Assembly: GCA_021432655.1 (NCBI GenBank)
Contig: MU271231.1
Coordinates: forward strand, 62,001 to 126,000
Direction of reading: 5' to 3'
DNA length: 64,000 nucleotides
Source of the DNA: Atractiella rhizophila
Taxonomy: Eukaryota
The position numbers were made by a program, and so were the translations under genes. Positions 1 through 10,795 of the stretch are shown piece by piece. Within the stretch, counting starts at the first letter, position 1; every line of letters begins with the position of its first letter. The notes beneath the pieces are model-generated. The model ran no database searches. It had not been told where the DNA came from and saw only the letters and a list, made by a program, of their open reading frames with translations.

Positions 1-720
1 TCCTGGTCTTGGTTTTTTGGTTTGAGTCTCTGGTTTGGAAGTTTGGAGTGGTATTGTTTTTGCAGGGGTTTCCTCTGTTGGTGTGTCCTTGTCCTTGCTT
101 TCTACATTTGAGGGAGTGGGGTCCATGTTGATTTCAACTTCTTTTGGTTCTTCTTTGGTGAAGATGTAGTTTCACAACACAAGCACCTTTCTACTTTTTG
201 GATTGAAGTATCATATTGCCTTTTGCCCATCTTCATATCCTATGAAGATCACTTTAACTGACTTTGGGCCTAGTTTGGACCAGTTCATTTCTTTCCTCAA
301 AGACCTACATGTCTGTGCCAAACTCTTAGAGATGCTCGACTGTTGGTCTCTGGGTGGTCCATGCTTGGTGTGGGGTTTCGTCCTTTAGGGCTCATGTGAT
401 GGAGCGATTTCTAAAGGTAAGCAGCATGTCTCACTGCTTTAGCCCACAGTTTAGGACTGTGATTTTTCGCAATTAGCATTGCCTGTGCGAGTTCAATTAG
501 AGTGCGGTTCATGCGTTCTGCCACTCCGAGTTGTTGATGCGAGTGTGGTGCGGTGAGTTCTAGCTTTATTTCTTTCTCTCTTTCTAGCCAGTCTTTGACT
601 TTTTCATTTAGGTATTCTGTTCCCCTATCAACTCAAATGCACTTTGGGGTACGCTCATACTTTCGTTCAACGGGGTTGATATATGATTGGATGTGCTTTT
701 GGAAGCAGGCACAATTCACT
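1..720 (-). mobile_element. Degenerate Ty1/copia LTR-retrotransposon pol fragment (integrase core and downstream SH3-like region)
   Basis: Minus-strand translation gives KCI*VDRGTEYLN...ELTAPHSHQQLGVAERMNRTLIELAQAML...KLWAKAVRHAAYL and SKLGPKSVKVIFIGYEDGQKAI*YFNP. These are copia integrase motifs with in-frame stops. The fragment runs off the window start. Confidence 0.85.
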
Positions 721-748
721 TGGCTGCTGATTCGAGAGTATATGATCC

Positions 749-1403
749 TGTTAAGCAGAAGGATTGGCAAAACAAAGAACCTCTTTAGAGGAGACAAGAG
801 GGTACGGGAATGGTGCCGTTGAACTTGAAATTAGCGGGGAACTGTGGGTTGTGCTAGCTTCGACAGGGTAACAATTCACCAGTCCTTCCACTCTCAATTC
901 CGAGACTTCATCAAAAATGAGAAATGGACCGACCACCATTTTGCGGAGAACTAAACGATAAGCAAGGTCAGTGAAGAAAGTGGGCAGTATTGTTGCCAGT
1001 TGGACCATGCTCAAGCGAAGTTCGTCTGCTCCGCGTGTTGCGACTCCGCATCTCTCCTATGCCCTTCCCAGGTTGTCTCATGAAGTTGCCAAGGTGTCTC
1101 CTGCGCGTCGCTACGTCCATACCGCTATTAGTTCTATCCATCTCCACGGTGCTCACCTTCAATGTTTCTCATTTCTGGCTTCGTAGCGGCAACTCGGGGG
1201 ATACATTCGCCATTACTTTCATACGGTTGCATCTTGTCTAAAAGCCTGTGTTGGCCCGGTGCTTTATTGTGCTCAACATCTTTGGAGCAAGAAACATCGA
1301 AGCTGAATGATGTTCTCGTCAGACCACGCTGTCTCAATGTCGGACGGGGCCTGTTTCTGCCTCTCCCGCTGTTTCGACAGACTTGTTCTCTTGTGTTTTA
1401 ACA
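749..1403. repeat. Possible LTR or solo LTR
   Basis: Segment bounded by the inverted hexamers TGTTAA (749) and TTAACA (1403), next to the copia fragment. No matching TSD or PBS seen. Confidence 0.25.
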
Positions 1404-1639
1404 GAAGGTAAGTTTTGCTCTTTCTTCTTATTTCCTCATTCTGTTTCGAACTGTATATATTGCATTAGCAATACATTCAGGTTTGATATTTGATGATGAC
1501 AATATATAAGGGTCACACATTTCCTTATGGAATGCATGTATCCTCGTTCCTCTCCCGCTTAGTTCTACCGTCTAGATTGTAAGACGCCAAGTTAAATTTA
1601 AGGGCTATACCAGTGAAGGGATTGTGAGACTTGGTTCAA

Positions 1640-3037
1640 ACTTGTTAAGCATGAAAACTTGCTTGGATTTCTGCTTAAACGACAATATTGCCACTCTTCA
1701 TAAAAGCTGAATTGGTTACACATTTCGTCTTGTATTTCAACATATTGCTTCTCGACTTCCTCAAAGTAAGCAGCTCAGTAGCAACGAAGATATTTCACCG
1801 ACTCCTTCCAAATGTTCTCGCTATTTCTTCTTTGCCTGCTTCATCATACGGTAAACCAAGATCGAAAGCTGGCACTTCAACATCTAGCGCGAGGAGTTAC
1901 TGAAAGGATGTGTTTTGCATAGTTGGTTCTGCAAAAAATCAACGGTATTTTCATTGAGATGCATGCTACTTATGCTGTTCTCCTGAAGATGCCTCAGAAG
2001 ACACAACCTAATGGGCTCAAAGGTGATGGCATAAGGAGTAAAGACAAGATCGAACATGTTTCCATCAAGAAGTGCTGGTAACTCAGTCAAGGCTTTATCT
2101 TTCAACTCTTGCAAGAGTATCCTTCCATCACATCAGCATATGAAAAGGAAGAAATGCTGAAACATCTACTGTGTGCCAAAGCATAACATTCAAGCGGATC
2201 TGCGTTCTTTGCTTTAGGAAGTAAGCTTTCACTCATTATACCGGTGGTATCTTGTTCCGAGAGTTTGCGTTCATAACCTTTGTATCCTTGATTGAATGCA
2301 AAAGGTTTTGCGAATTTATGTGCCTAAATCAATCGATTTAGGTGTTTAGTGATAGAAGTGCTGTCAATGCACCGGGTATATAGAAAGAAGAGGAAGCAAT
2401 AGAATGTTCAATAACGACTGCCACCGATTTCAACTACTGTAGGCGAACCAATGGTCCTGCGCTTCCTTCGCTAAAGGTTTCCGTTTCAAACACTACCATC
2501 CTTGCTTCTAGAACAGAAATACCAAATTGATTCAATGAACAACGCACTTGTTGCGAAGTACGGTGAGCGTGAGGAGAGGATGCTCTTGATTGCATCGATT
2601 TTGCTTCCGCCTACCTCAAAAACGACATTTGCAAGTGCAGAATTGTCAAAGGTTTCATGGAGTTGGGCAGACAGTACGCCAAAAGGAATGACCATTGTTT
2701 TCTGTGATTCCACTGATGAGCTGAAAAGTCAGGTGCAAAAATCAATGGACTTACACCAGAAACTGACTCTATCTTACTTGTCGTAGCTATTGGAGGATTG
2801 GGTGTGGATGGTTTTGGCCTCGGAGGGCTGTCCCAATCGAGGGATCTTGCCTCGGGTGGCACTTCGTCTGCCTCGATTAGCAGGCCAGGCGCGGGAATTG
2901 TTGGATAGTCTCTGGACTTCCCTCCTTTTTCTCCCATCATTCCTTTTGCGGACCTGTGATGGTGACGTGGAATTGTGGAGAACTATGGTCCCGCTGCTGG
3001 TCAAAGAAGCTTGGCTCAAGAGCGACGCAAGCGACAC
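1640..3037 (-). CDS. BTB/POZ-domain protein, multi-exon, boundaries approximate, possibly disrupted
   Basis: ORF 2486-2713 contains FDNSALANVVFEVGGSKIDAIKSILSSRSPYF, a BTB N-terminal motif. A Pro/Ser-rich region lies upstream and further helical exons (1884-2114) downstream. Confidence 0.7.
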
Positions 3038-3268
3038 AAATGAGATACAGATGAATTCATGCTTTTTTACGCTGCACTTGATTCGTTTGTTAACATTCCA
3101 CTTATCGTATTTTGTGGCAGCATTGGCTGGCGCAGAACGATCTGAATAAAAAAGATCCAGGAGAGTTTACACAGATCCCACCAGCTGTGATATTTGTTTT
3201 AGACTTGACCGCTTGGAAAAAGAAATGGTTACGGGATAGTGTTTCACTGGTGATCGTGGTGTTCGGAT

Positions 3269-6200
3269 CAGCACTCCCACCCATATGCATACACGTACGG
3301 TGTACTGCCGTACCGTACGGCGAAAACCCATACCCATACAGCCTTTCCTTATCAAATACACTGTCAGTATTGACCCTGAAAGTATCCGTATATAGATTGC
3401 TAACGTAAGCTTAATATGTCCATATACTGTGATACGGCTATGCCAACTGCAGCTGACGCAGCCCAGACATGAGACGTCCAGATCAGACAGTGAAACACAG
3501 AACCCAGAAACCACTGCCACTTGCATCAATAATCTTGGGGATGCCCAATTTTTTTCCTTCTCATGGCTTCTTTCCGAATTCCCCAACGTTTGTGACCATT
3601 CGAACGAAGCTGTAAAAGTACGTCCCTTTCTCCCACTTTCTCCTTTCATATCCAGTCACTCATCCACAATGCCTGAGCCAGCTACCCAACATGCATCACC
3701 ATACACAACGAAAGGCTGCAGACCAGCTACACTGAATGACTATGTCATTGAATCTGGTACCAATATTCTTCATTCGATTGAACGACCAACTTCCCCGACC
3801 CCTCTTTTCCGTGCAACTCCCGGGCCAACTAGTTCACAACAACTTATTCCTCCACATCAGCAGCCTGATCTGCAACTGATTCAACTTTCTTCTTCAGCGG
3901 AGCAGTCAAATGAAGGGTCCGAGTACAGTGACAAGAACTGTAAGAAGAGCCGCCCTGCAAAGAGGAAGAGGTCCAGTTATCTTGACACGGACGGAGAGAA
4001 GGATGAACGGAATGAAGATGAAGGTAGTGAGGAGATGGAGACTGAGGATGGAGAGAGGCTTGATTCGGACGTGGAAATTACAAGGGTGAGCTGCCTTGTT
4101 CCTGTTTTCTAATTCAATCGCTGAGTTGTGTCCTGGATGAAGCTAGGTTAGGAAGAGCAAGGCAAAGAAGATGCAAGCTTGAAGTGCCTCACCTCCGGTG
4201 GCAAAGAAGATGACATTCTGTTTTACTGCTTCTCAAACTCCACTTCTTATTTCAAGCATAGATCAGAGTAGCCCAGATGGACCGAAAAGCATGTGCAGCT
4301 CACAAACACCAGCCAAGAAGTGGGAAGAAGAGTGTCCCCCAAATGTGTGCCGAAATGGATGTGAGCGGTCCTCCTCTGGACGCCAGTGATGTCGATGGAG
4401 ATGAGAAGATGATGAGGAGAAAACCAAAGGCAAACCCGATATGGGAATGTTGGACTGTCCGTGTTTTTGACATGTTTTACTTTAATAGCATGACCCAACC
4501 ACACCAGCATATCCTAATGGGATACGGAACAACTGCTCAAAATATCAGTGTAAACTTGGTTACGGGTATGGGTCTCGCTCTGTGGACATGAAGTTGCACT
4601 AATTTTGGCAATTCCCCATAGCACTGTCTACTCCTTCTTTGGCTGTGAGTATTCAAACCTCAACAAGCATACTCATACCTGCAAGAAGCACGGAAAAGCT
4701 GAAGAACTCGGTATCAAGCTCCCTGAGCAGCCTCCTCGAATGCGCAACCCAGATGGAGATCCCAATGCTTTCAACAGCTTCTCTACTCTGAAGAAACGGA
4801 CACAAGAAGAATGTGACCAACTCTTTCACAAGATTGTCGAGTGGATTCTTCGGACTGACAAGCCCTGGACAATGGTTGAAGAGGATGGGTTCAAGGAACT
4901 TATAGGATTTCTTGATGAGACCGTTAAGGTTTACAGCACAACAACCGCTCGAACTTGGGCCTCCGGCCTTCACTCTGCGTTGAAGGTGCAGGTGCAACAA
5001 GAGATAGATGTAAGTCCTTGCTTGTGGTTAAAGAAGTTTCTTAACTCAACGGTCAAAGGCACATAACGGCGAAATCCACATTAATACAGACTGCTGAACG
5101 AGCTTTGGGTCGATGCATGCGGTCAGCGCCATGATTGGATACTGGATCGATGAAGACTGGCGGCATATTAAACGAGTGCTGCATTGCTCTGTCTTAGAGG
5201 AATCGGACACGTCTCTCAATCTCGCAAGAAGGCTGAAGCTAACCATCTTTGATTGGAGGATAAGTAATAAGTTAAGTGTGTCCATAACTATTTTTTAAAA
5301 TTCCGTGGGTACAAGTTTTAATGTGACATATGGATGACTAGGAAACATTGGATCAGATCACGCTTCAAATATCGTCACTGCTATGTCATTCCTACAAGCG
5401 GGCCTTATCTCCTCCGATCACGATGATCTTTGGGAAGCCAACAAGCGACACAATGGCTGTTCCCTTCATGCCATTGCCCTTTCCGCTCAGGCTGGTCTTT
5501 CCGCCATGGGATTGGAAACTTTCCTGACGTTGAAGATCGTTACCTAAAGGATAAAAACCTAGGTCTGCGGGGAACAGATGAAACGGAGATGGTTGAAGAA
5601 GAAGAGGTGGAGTTGTGCACTGGTAATGACCAGCTCTCTGACATTGAAGAGTCAGACTGGGAGGATGTGTTGGAGGGTGTGGAAGAAGAAGATGAGGAGA
5701 ATGGCCTAAAGCAACGTCTTTTTGTGAAGAAGAGTAAATGGCAGACACGGAATAAGGTGAGTAAGCACTGATTCTATGTTTCAACATTGTGATTATAATT
5801 CTAGCTCTTCAAACTCTGTTGCATCATCCGTTCAACACCGAATCGGCATTCAGAGTACAAGAAAGTCTCACAAGAGATCTACCACGGCCACACCAACCGT
5901 GGTGTTATGCCAAAGCGTAACAATACTACCCGATGGAACTCAGAGTATAATGTTTTAACCAGAGGGTTTTGTTTGAAACAGGTATGTCTCCTGCTTGACA
6001 CCTTTATATATTGCTAATGTGTCCTATCTGCACAGGCACTTCATAAATTTGTCTGTAAATTCATTGATAACTACGGACGGTATACAATGAAAGAGTCTGA
6101 GTGGAAGGAAGTAAAAGTCGTTGCTACTGGCCTAAAGGTGGGTCTTCTTACATTTATCCCGAACTTGCGCTTTCTCATCATCAACAACATGCTTATGATC

Positions 6201-7245
6201 AGCCCTTCAAGGAGACAACTCTCCTCCTGGAAAAGAAGATGCATGTCTGTCCGAAGTCCTCCCCACATTCGAACGCTTGCGGCGCACAAAGGTCAAGCTC
6301 AAAAATGACCCAACAATGGCAGTGTGGCATCCGGCAGCTGAAGCATCCATCAAGAAGCTCGACAAATACTACAACATTATGAAAGACAAGTGGTGCTACC
6401 AACTTGCTACAGGTTCGTCTGATCAACTTGGCCTCTTCACATGCCTCAAATGCAATCTGATGCATTTAAAATGTGGTTTGTCATAGCTATAGATCCTCGT
6501 TAAGGGCTGGCTTTCTTTGAAGAAGTTTACGGTCAAGAGTTCAAAGATTTGGTAAAGGGGAAGGTTAAGATGGAGTACAACCGTCGGGCGAAGACTGCCG
6601 GAAGCAGGAAAGACATGAGTGAAGAAGAGGATCAGAGAGCGTGGAAGGAGCTTAAGGGCAAGGGTTCAGACGAAAATGGAGAGGAGTATGGTGTTCTCGT
6701 TGATCTCCCATTGCGTGAAGACCTTGAGGATAGCCTCCATGAAATTGATCGGTTCTCTGCTATCAAGCTCAAAAAGGACTGTGACCCTCTCAAATGGTGG
6801 AAGGTTAGATGTCTTCTATTTTCTTTATTCTAGTTACTTAATTGATGCTTTCTTTAGCGACATGAGGATTCATATCCCATTCTATGGCTCATTACAAGAG
6901 ATCTTCTTGCAATACCAGCTTCAACAGCTGGTGTTGAGCGACTTTTCTCATGGACAAAGTTTATCAATACGAACCAACGAGACTCAATGTCAGCGGAAAC
7001 TCTTTCTGAGGCCATGACAACAAAGGCATGGTTAATACAGGGTGTCAAGAAACCGCAGATATGGTGACTCCATTTTTTTCTGTTCTGTATACCATATACA
7101 CCGTATAATGTACCTTCCGTACTAGTAAACATTTTTTGGAAATTAACTTCATTTCACTTCCATATCCGTATCGCTTGAAAAGAAACATGTATGACCAGTA
7201 TTGGTACTGCAATACCCATATACTCTACGGGTGGGAACAGCGCTG
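3269..7245 (+). mobile_element. Full-length hAT-superfamily DNA transposon
   Basis: Perfect 8-bp TSD GTTCGGAT at 3261-3268 and 7246-7253. Imperfect TIRs: left CAGCACTCCCACCC, right (reverse complement) CAGCGCTGTTCCCACCC. CCGTA/TACGG-type subterminal motifs and an internal transposase are present. Confidence 0.92.
3669..7067 (+). pseudogene. Intron-containing hAT transposase with premature stop
   Basis: Motifs seen: EWILRTDKPWTMVEEDGFKELIGFL; INTDC*TS (DxWT motif, TGA at 5095-5097); KLDKYY; and the C-terminal dimerisation domain DPLKWWK/RHEDSYPILWLITRDLLAIPASTAGVERLFS...KAWLIQG. GT-AG introns separate the ORF pieces. Confidence 0.88.
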
Positions 7246-8207
7246 GTTCGGATAGAGTTGCCTTAGGGCTTGGTGTTTATGTTGGTGTTTATGTGGTGCT
7301 AGCATAGTGTTAGGGGAATCGAACGGAGAACGTAATAACTCATGAAATCATGGATTGGATGACCGAGGACAAATAGGAACACAACGACATGAACCCCATG
7401 AACGACGTGGTCATGGCAAAAGGAAGCAACGCAATCCAACAATGGATTGAAGGCAGCTAGTAATGAAGGGAGGGAAAAGGAAATGGTTGGAAGATAGTTT
7501 TGATCATGGAGATTTAGAAGGCTCGCTGTGTATTTAGGGTGCGTTCTCCAAGCTTCATTTCTTGCGACTCGACTGCTTATGAAAACCATGTATGGATAGA
7601 TTCTTAGACGTGTAACTTACGGCATGTGCCATTCCGTATGCGTACTCTTTGCAACAAGGAGCCTCTTTCAGCTGTTGTCTGGGCATGGCAATATGATGTA
7701 ATGTTTCAATATTGTTCCGAAAACCCTTTGACCAGGTGCATGTTACACGATGGAGCAAGGTCTCAACAACTGGCTAATGTGGCGAAGAACACTCTCCGAG
7801 TTTTAAGGATAGAACGTGCAAACACGGAGGTAATTTTAGATATCGCAAGCTCACCAACTCTTTTAATGTAAATTTCACCCCAACTATCCTCCACCCTCCT
7901 CTTTTGCTGATGTACCTTCCTAGACTACTGGTGATGGATTCGGTAGAGGAGTGCACAAGTGATGAGTGGACAAGTACAATCAGTGAGAAGAAGGAAAGGA
8001 ATAAGATGTATTGCGAACAAAATGGTGCACAGTGGAAGGCGAAGCATGATAGAGATGGAAAGGGAGGAAGGAAGCAGAGATGTGCGAGAGAAGAGGTGAC
8101 CATCCAGTCCCCTGTCCCTCTTCGTATTTGCGCTTATTGAGATGGGTATTAGGTTCCTCCACCCCTCACCCTTCTCCTGCTGCTGTGCGGCCCCGCCTGA
8201 GCCCTAA

Positions 8208-8590
8208 AGGAATTCAACTGGCCCATCCTCGTGAGAGAATTCCAAGAGGCCGAGGTGGATACTGAGCCATACAAGAGGAAGGTCTTTGACCCCTACCAGC
8301 TCCTCAAACTCAGAAATACCCGATACGAGAAGTACCCTCGTCCCCAGAAGCTCGCCACCCTCTTCAAGAATGTCACAGGCAAGGAGGTCACGCACAACCA
8401 TAACACAATGGTGGACGCATATGCTGCGATGGTCGTCACAATTGACTGCATCAGAAATGACGAGATCTTCAAGATGAAGAGCCTGTCCCACGCAGCGTGG
8501 CAATTTGATGATACCCAGAGGGCAATCGGCAAAAGGAAGAGACAAGAGGTCAGGGATGAGGATGAAAAACTCCATAACGACTCTGAATGA
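8208..8590 (+). pseudogene. 5'-truncated DEDDh (DnaQ/TREX-like) 3'-5' exonuclease
   Basis: EFNWPILVREF (ExoII-like), then KLATLFKNVTGKEVTHNHNTMVDAYAAM (ExoIII H-x4-D). The ExoI motif is absent and no introns are seen. Confidence 0.6.
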
Positions 8591-9282
8591 ATGAAAGCTG
8601 TTTACAGGTACAAAGTACCACGTTAAAGAACCAAAGGCGAAACACTACTAGCGAAAGCAGAAAGGCTAGACATGAAAGACAAACGAACACCCAAACCTGT
8701 CGCCCAACGAGCTGGTGTTGATGAGAGACTTACAGAGCATAATGGGGATACTTAGATGTTCGCCACTCTAAAGAGATCGTGCTGGAACCTTGCTATTTAG
8801 CTTGGGGTCACCACGTCGGGGGGATGCCGTGCAAAACCCTACCGGACGATGCGGGTATGCTCAGCAGGAATCGGCGGGGTGATCCGAATGCTGCAACATC
8901 TCATAAGAGGTCGTAGGGACATTAGCAATGGACCCTTCTAGAGGCGACCATGAGGTGGGTCTCTCTCAGGAGAAGCCTTCACATCGAACCCATCAGGGAG
9001 AAAGATGTGTCGTCGTTGATGAAAGAAAAATATCTCCCTCCTTGGATGCGAGACTGAGGCGAGGCAGCGCCGAGTGAACAGGCCCTCCCAAACTTCAGAG
9101 GGAAGTTGGCTTCGTCGCCTCTGCCTCCATATGTACATGTGTCAGGCTCAAAAAGGTCTTTATGACAATGAGCGAGCGGTGATGATTGAGTCCGAGGAAA
9201 TCACAACAATACATCGCCTAAAGAGCTTCATATCCACCCTTGTGGGGAGAAGTAGTAAGAGCCCATCATGACGATTTAAACC

Positions 9283-9597
9283 CTCAGAGGTAGCAACCTC
9301 TGCCTTGCAAGTCAATCTGCCTGACTGAGGACAAAGATCCTCATGATGGGAGTTTGTAGAGCGACTGGCAACCACCTACACGGTTACGTCCCAACAAACC
9401 AAGATAGGAAAGGGAGCCATCCTCGTGCAGCTGGATCTCAGAGGCAAATCCATCACACAGAAGCTGATGGCTCAAAGGTAGCAACCTCTGCCTTGCAAGT
9501 CAATCTACCGCTCGAGTTGTGAGCAGAATCTGATGGAAAGCCCTCATATGCTCGTCAGCATCTCCTCTGCGTGGTTACGTCTTGACAAACCAAGATA
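9283..9597. repeat. Degenerate direct duplication, about 190-bp period
   Basis: AGGTAGCAACCTCTGCCTTGCAAGTCAATCT occurs at about 9288 and 9476. GGTTACGTC..ACAAACCAAGATA occurs at 9382 and 9573. Confidence 0.75.
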
Positions 9598-10553
9598 TGA
9601 CAAAAAGCAGATGAGTATAAAAAGAGTATCCTGACCCCAAAGAAGGCTTTGTGGAATCAAGACTCCTTTGTGGTGGTCAAATTGTGAAGACATGATACGA
9701 CACACAACAACGCAAACCTCAAGCTCATAATCAATCCCTTGAACTTTGATGCAAGACTAGACATGTACACATGAAAGGCGGCCCTCAGAACACTTCTGAG
9801 ACGTTATGAGGCGGCCCTCGCCCCAAAGAAAGTCGAAGGAATCAATAGAACTCAGCCCCTCATGGTGCAATGACAATACTGGTCATCTGAGATGAATCGA
9901 ATGAATTACATAGCCTCTAACTCTATGAACGGACCCCAAGGTACCTTGTGAGGCAATACAGAGTGCCTTTTACAACGGTCAATAGCCTCCTTCTCCAGAT
10001 CATGATCTGCAGAATCATCATACTGCCATCCCTCCTTCTCCCTCCTCCTGATGATCGCTCGGAACTGTCTAGGTGATAAACGGCAGTATATCTCTTTAAA
10101 CATGGATTAGGCGAAAATATGAAAGGAAAGAAATAGGATAGAGAACGAACCTATAGGGACCACAGCAGCCAAGAAAAAGTTCTCAGACCGTGCCCACACC
10201 ATGGGATCGCCATAAGTGGTCCTAAGACTGCCCCTGGTGCCTCGACGCCGATACCAGGCTACATGATATGGCTCATAGCGCCTCCTACATCCAAAAATGA
10301 GTAAGATGACGCTAATGTGAGACAGGAATCGAGAGAACTTGCCTCTTCTCCCCTGGATGAAGCAGAACGGGGAACTGTCCATCCATAAAGCGCACTGCAG
10401 AGTTGATGATATATGAATTCATGAGGGTGGAGAATTCATCACTGATGGGATCATAAGAGAGAACCAATGGGACGTTCTCATTCTCTCCCATGACCCAACA
10501 CTTCACTGTGATGAAACCACAAAGATCAGAGTTGATGTTGGTACCACCTTCAT

Positions 10554-10575
10554 CCCTAACCCTAACCTTAACCCC
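10554..10575 (+). repeat. Short interstitial telomere-like repeat (CCCTAA)n
   Basis: CCCTAA CCCTAA CCTTAA CCCC. Confidence 0.55.
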
Positions 10576-10795
10576 ATCAGTTGCTTTCAGTATGGATTAG
10601 ATCCCTGCACTTTGGGATTTTAGTAGGTATTGATTTCATTGGCATCCACTTTCTCTGCTTCCAGATACAATATGAACAATAAGACATAAACTTTGAAACG
10701 TTTGATATCAGCGCGCATCATCCAGCCCTTTGGCTTTCTCCATAAAACTGTAGAGGGCAATGAGTACGCAAGAGGTGGACGGAACTTAGAATAAC

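Noticed and set aside
5095..5097. TGA at a conserved Trp as alternative genetic code or RNA editing
   Set aside because: Trp is TGG throughout the intact ORFs and TGA ends normal ORFs; a single G-to-A mutation is sufficient.
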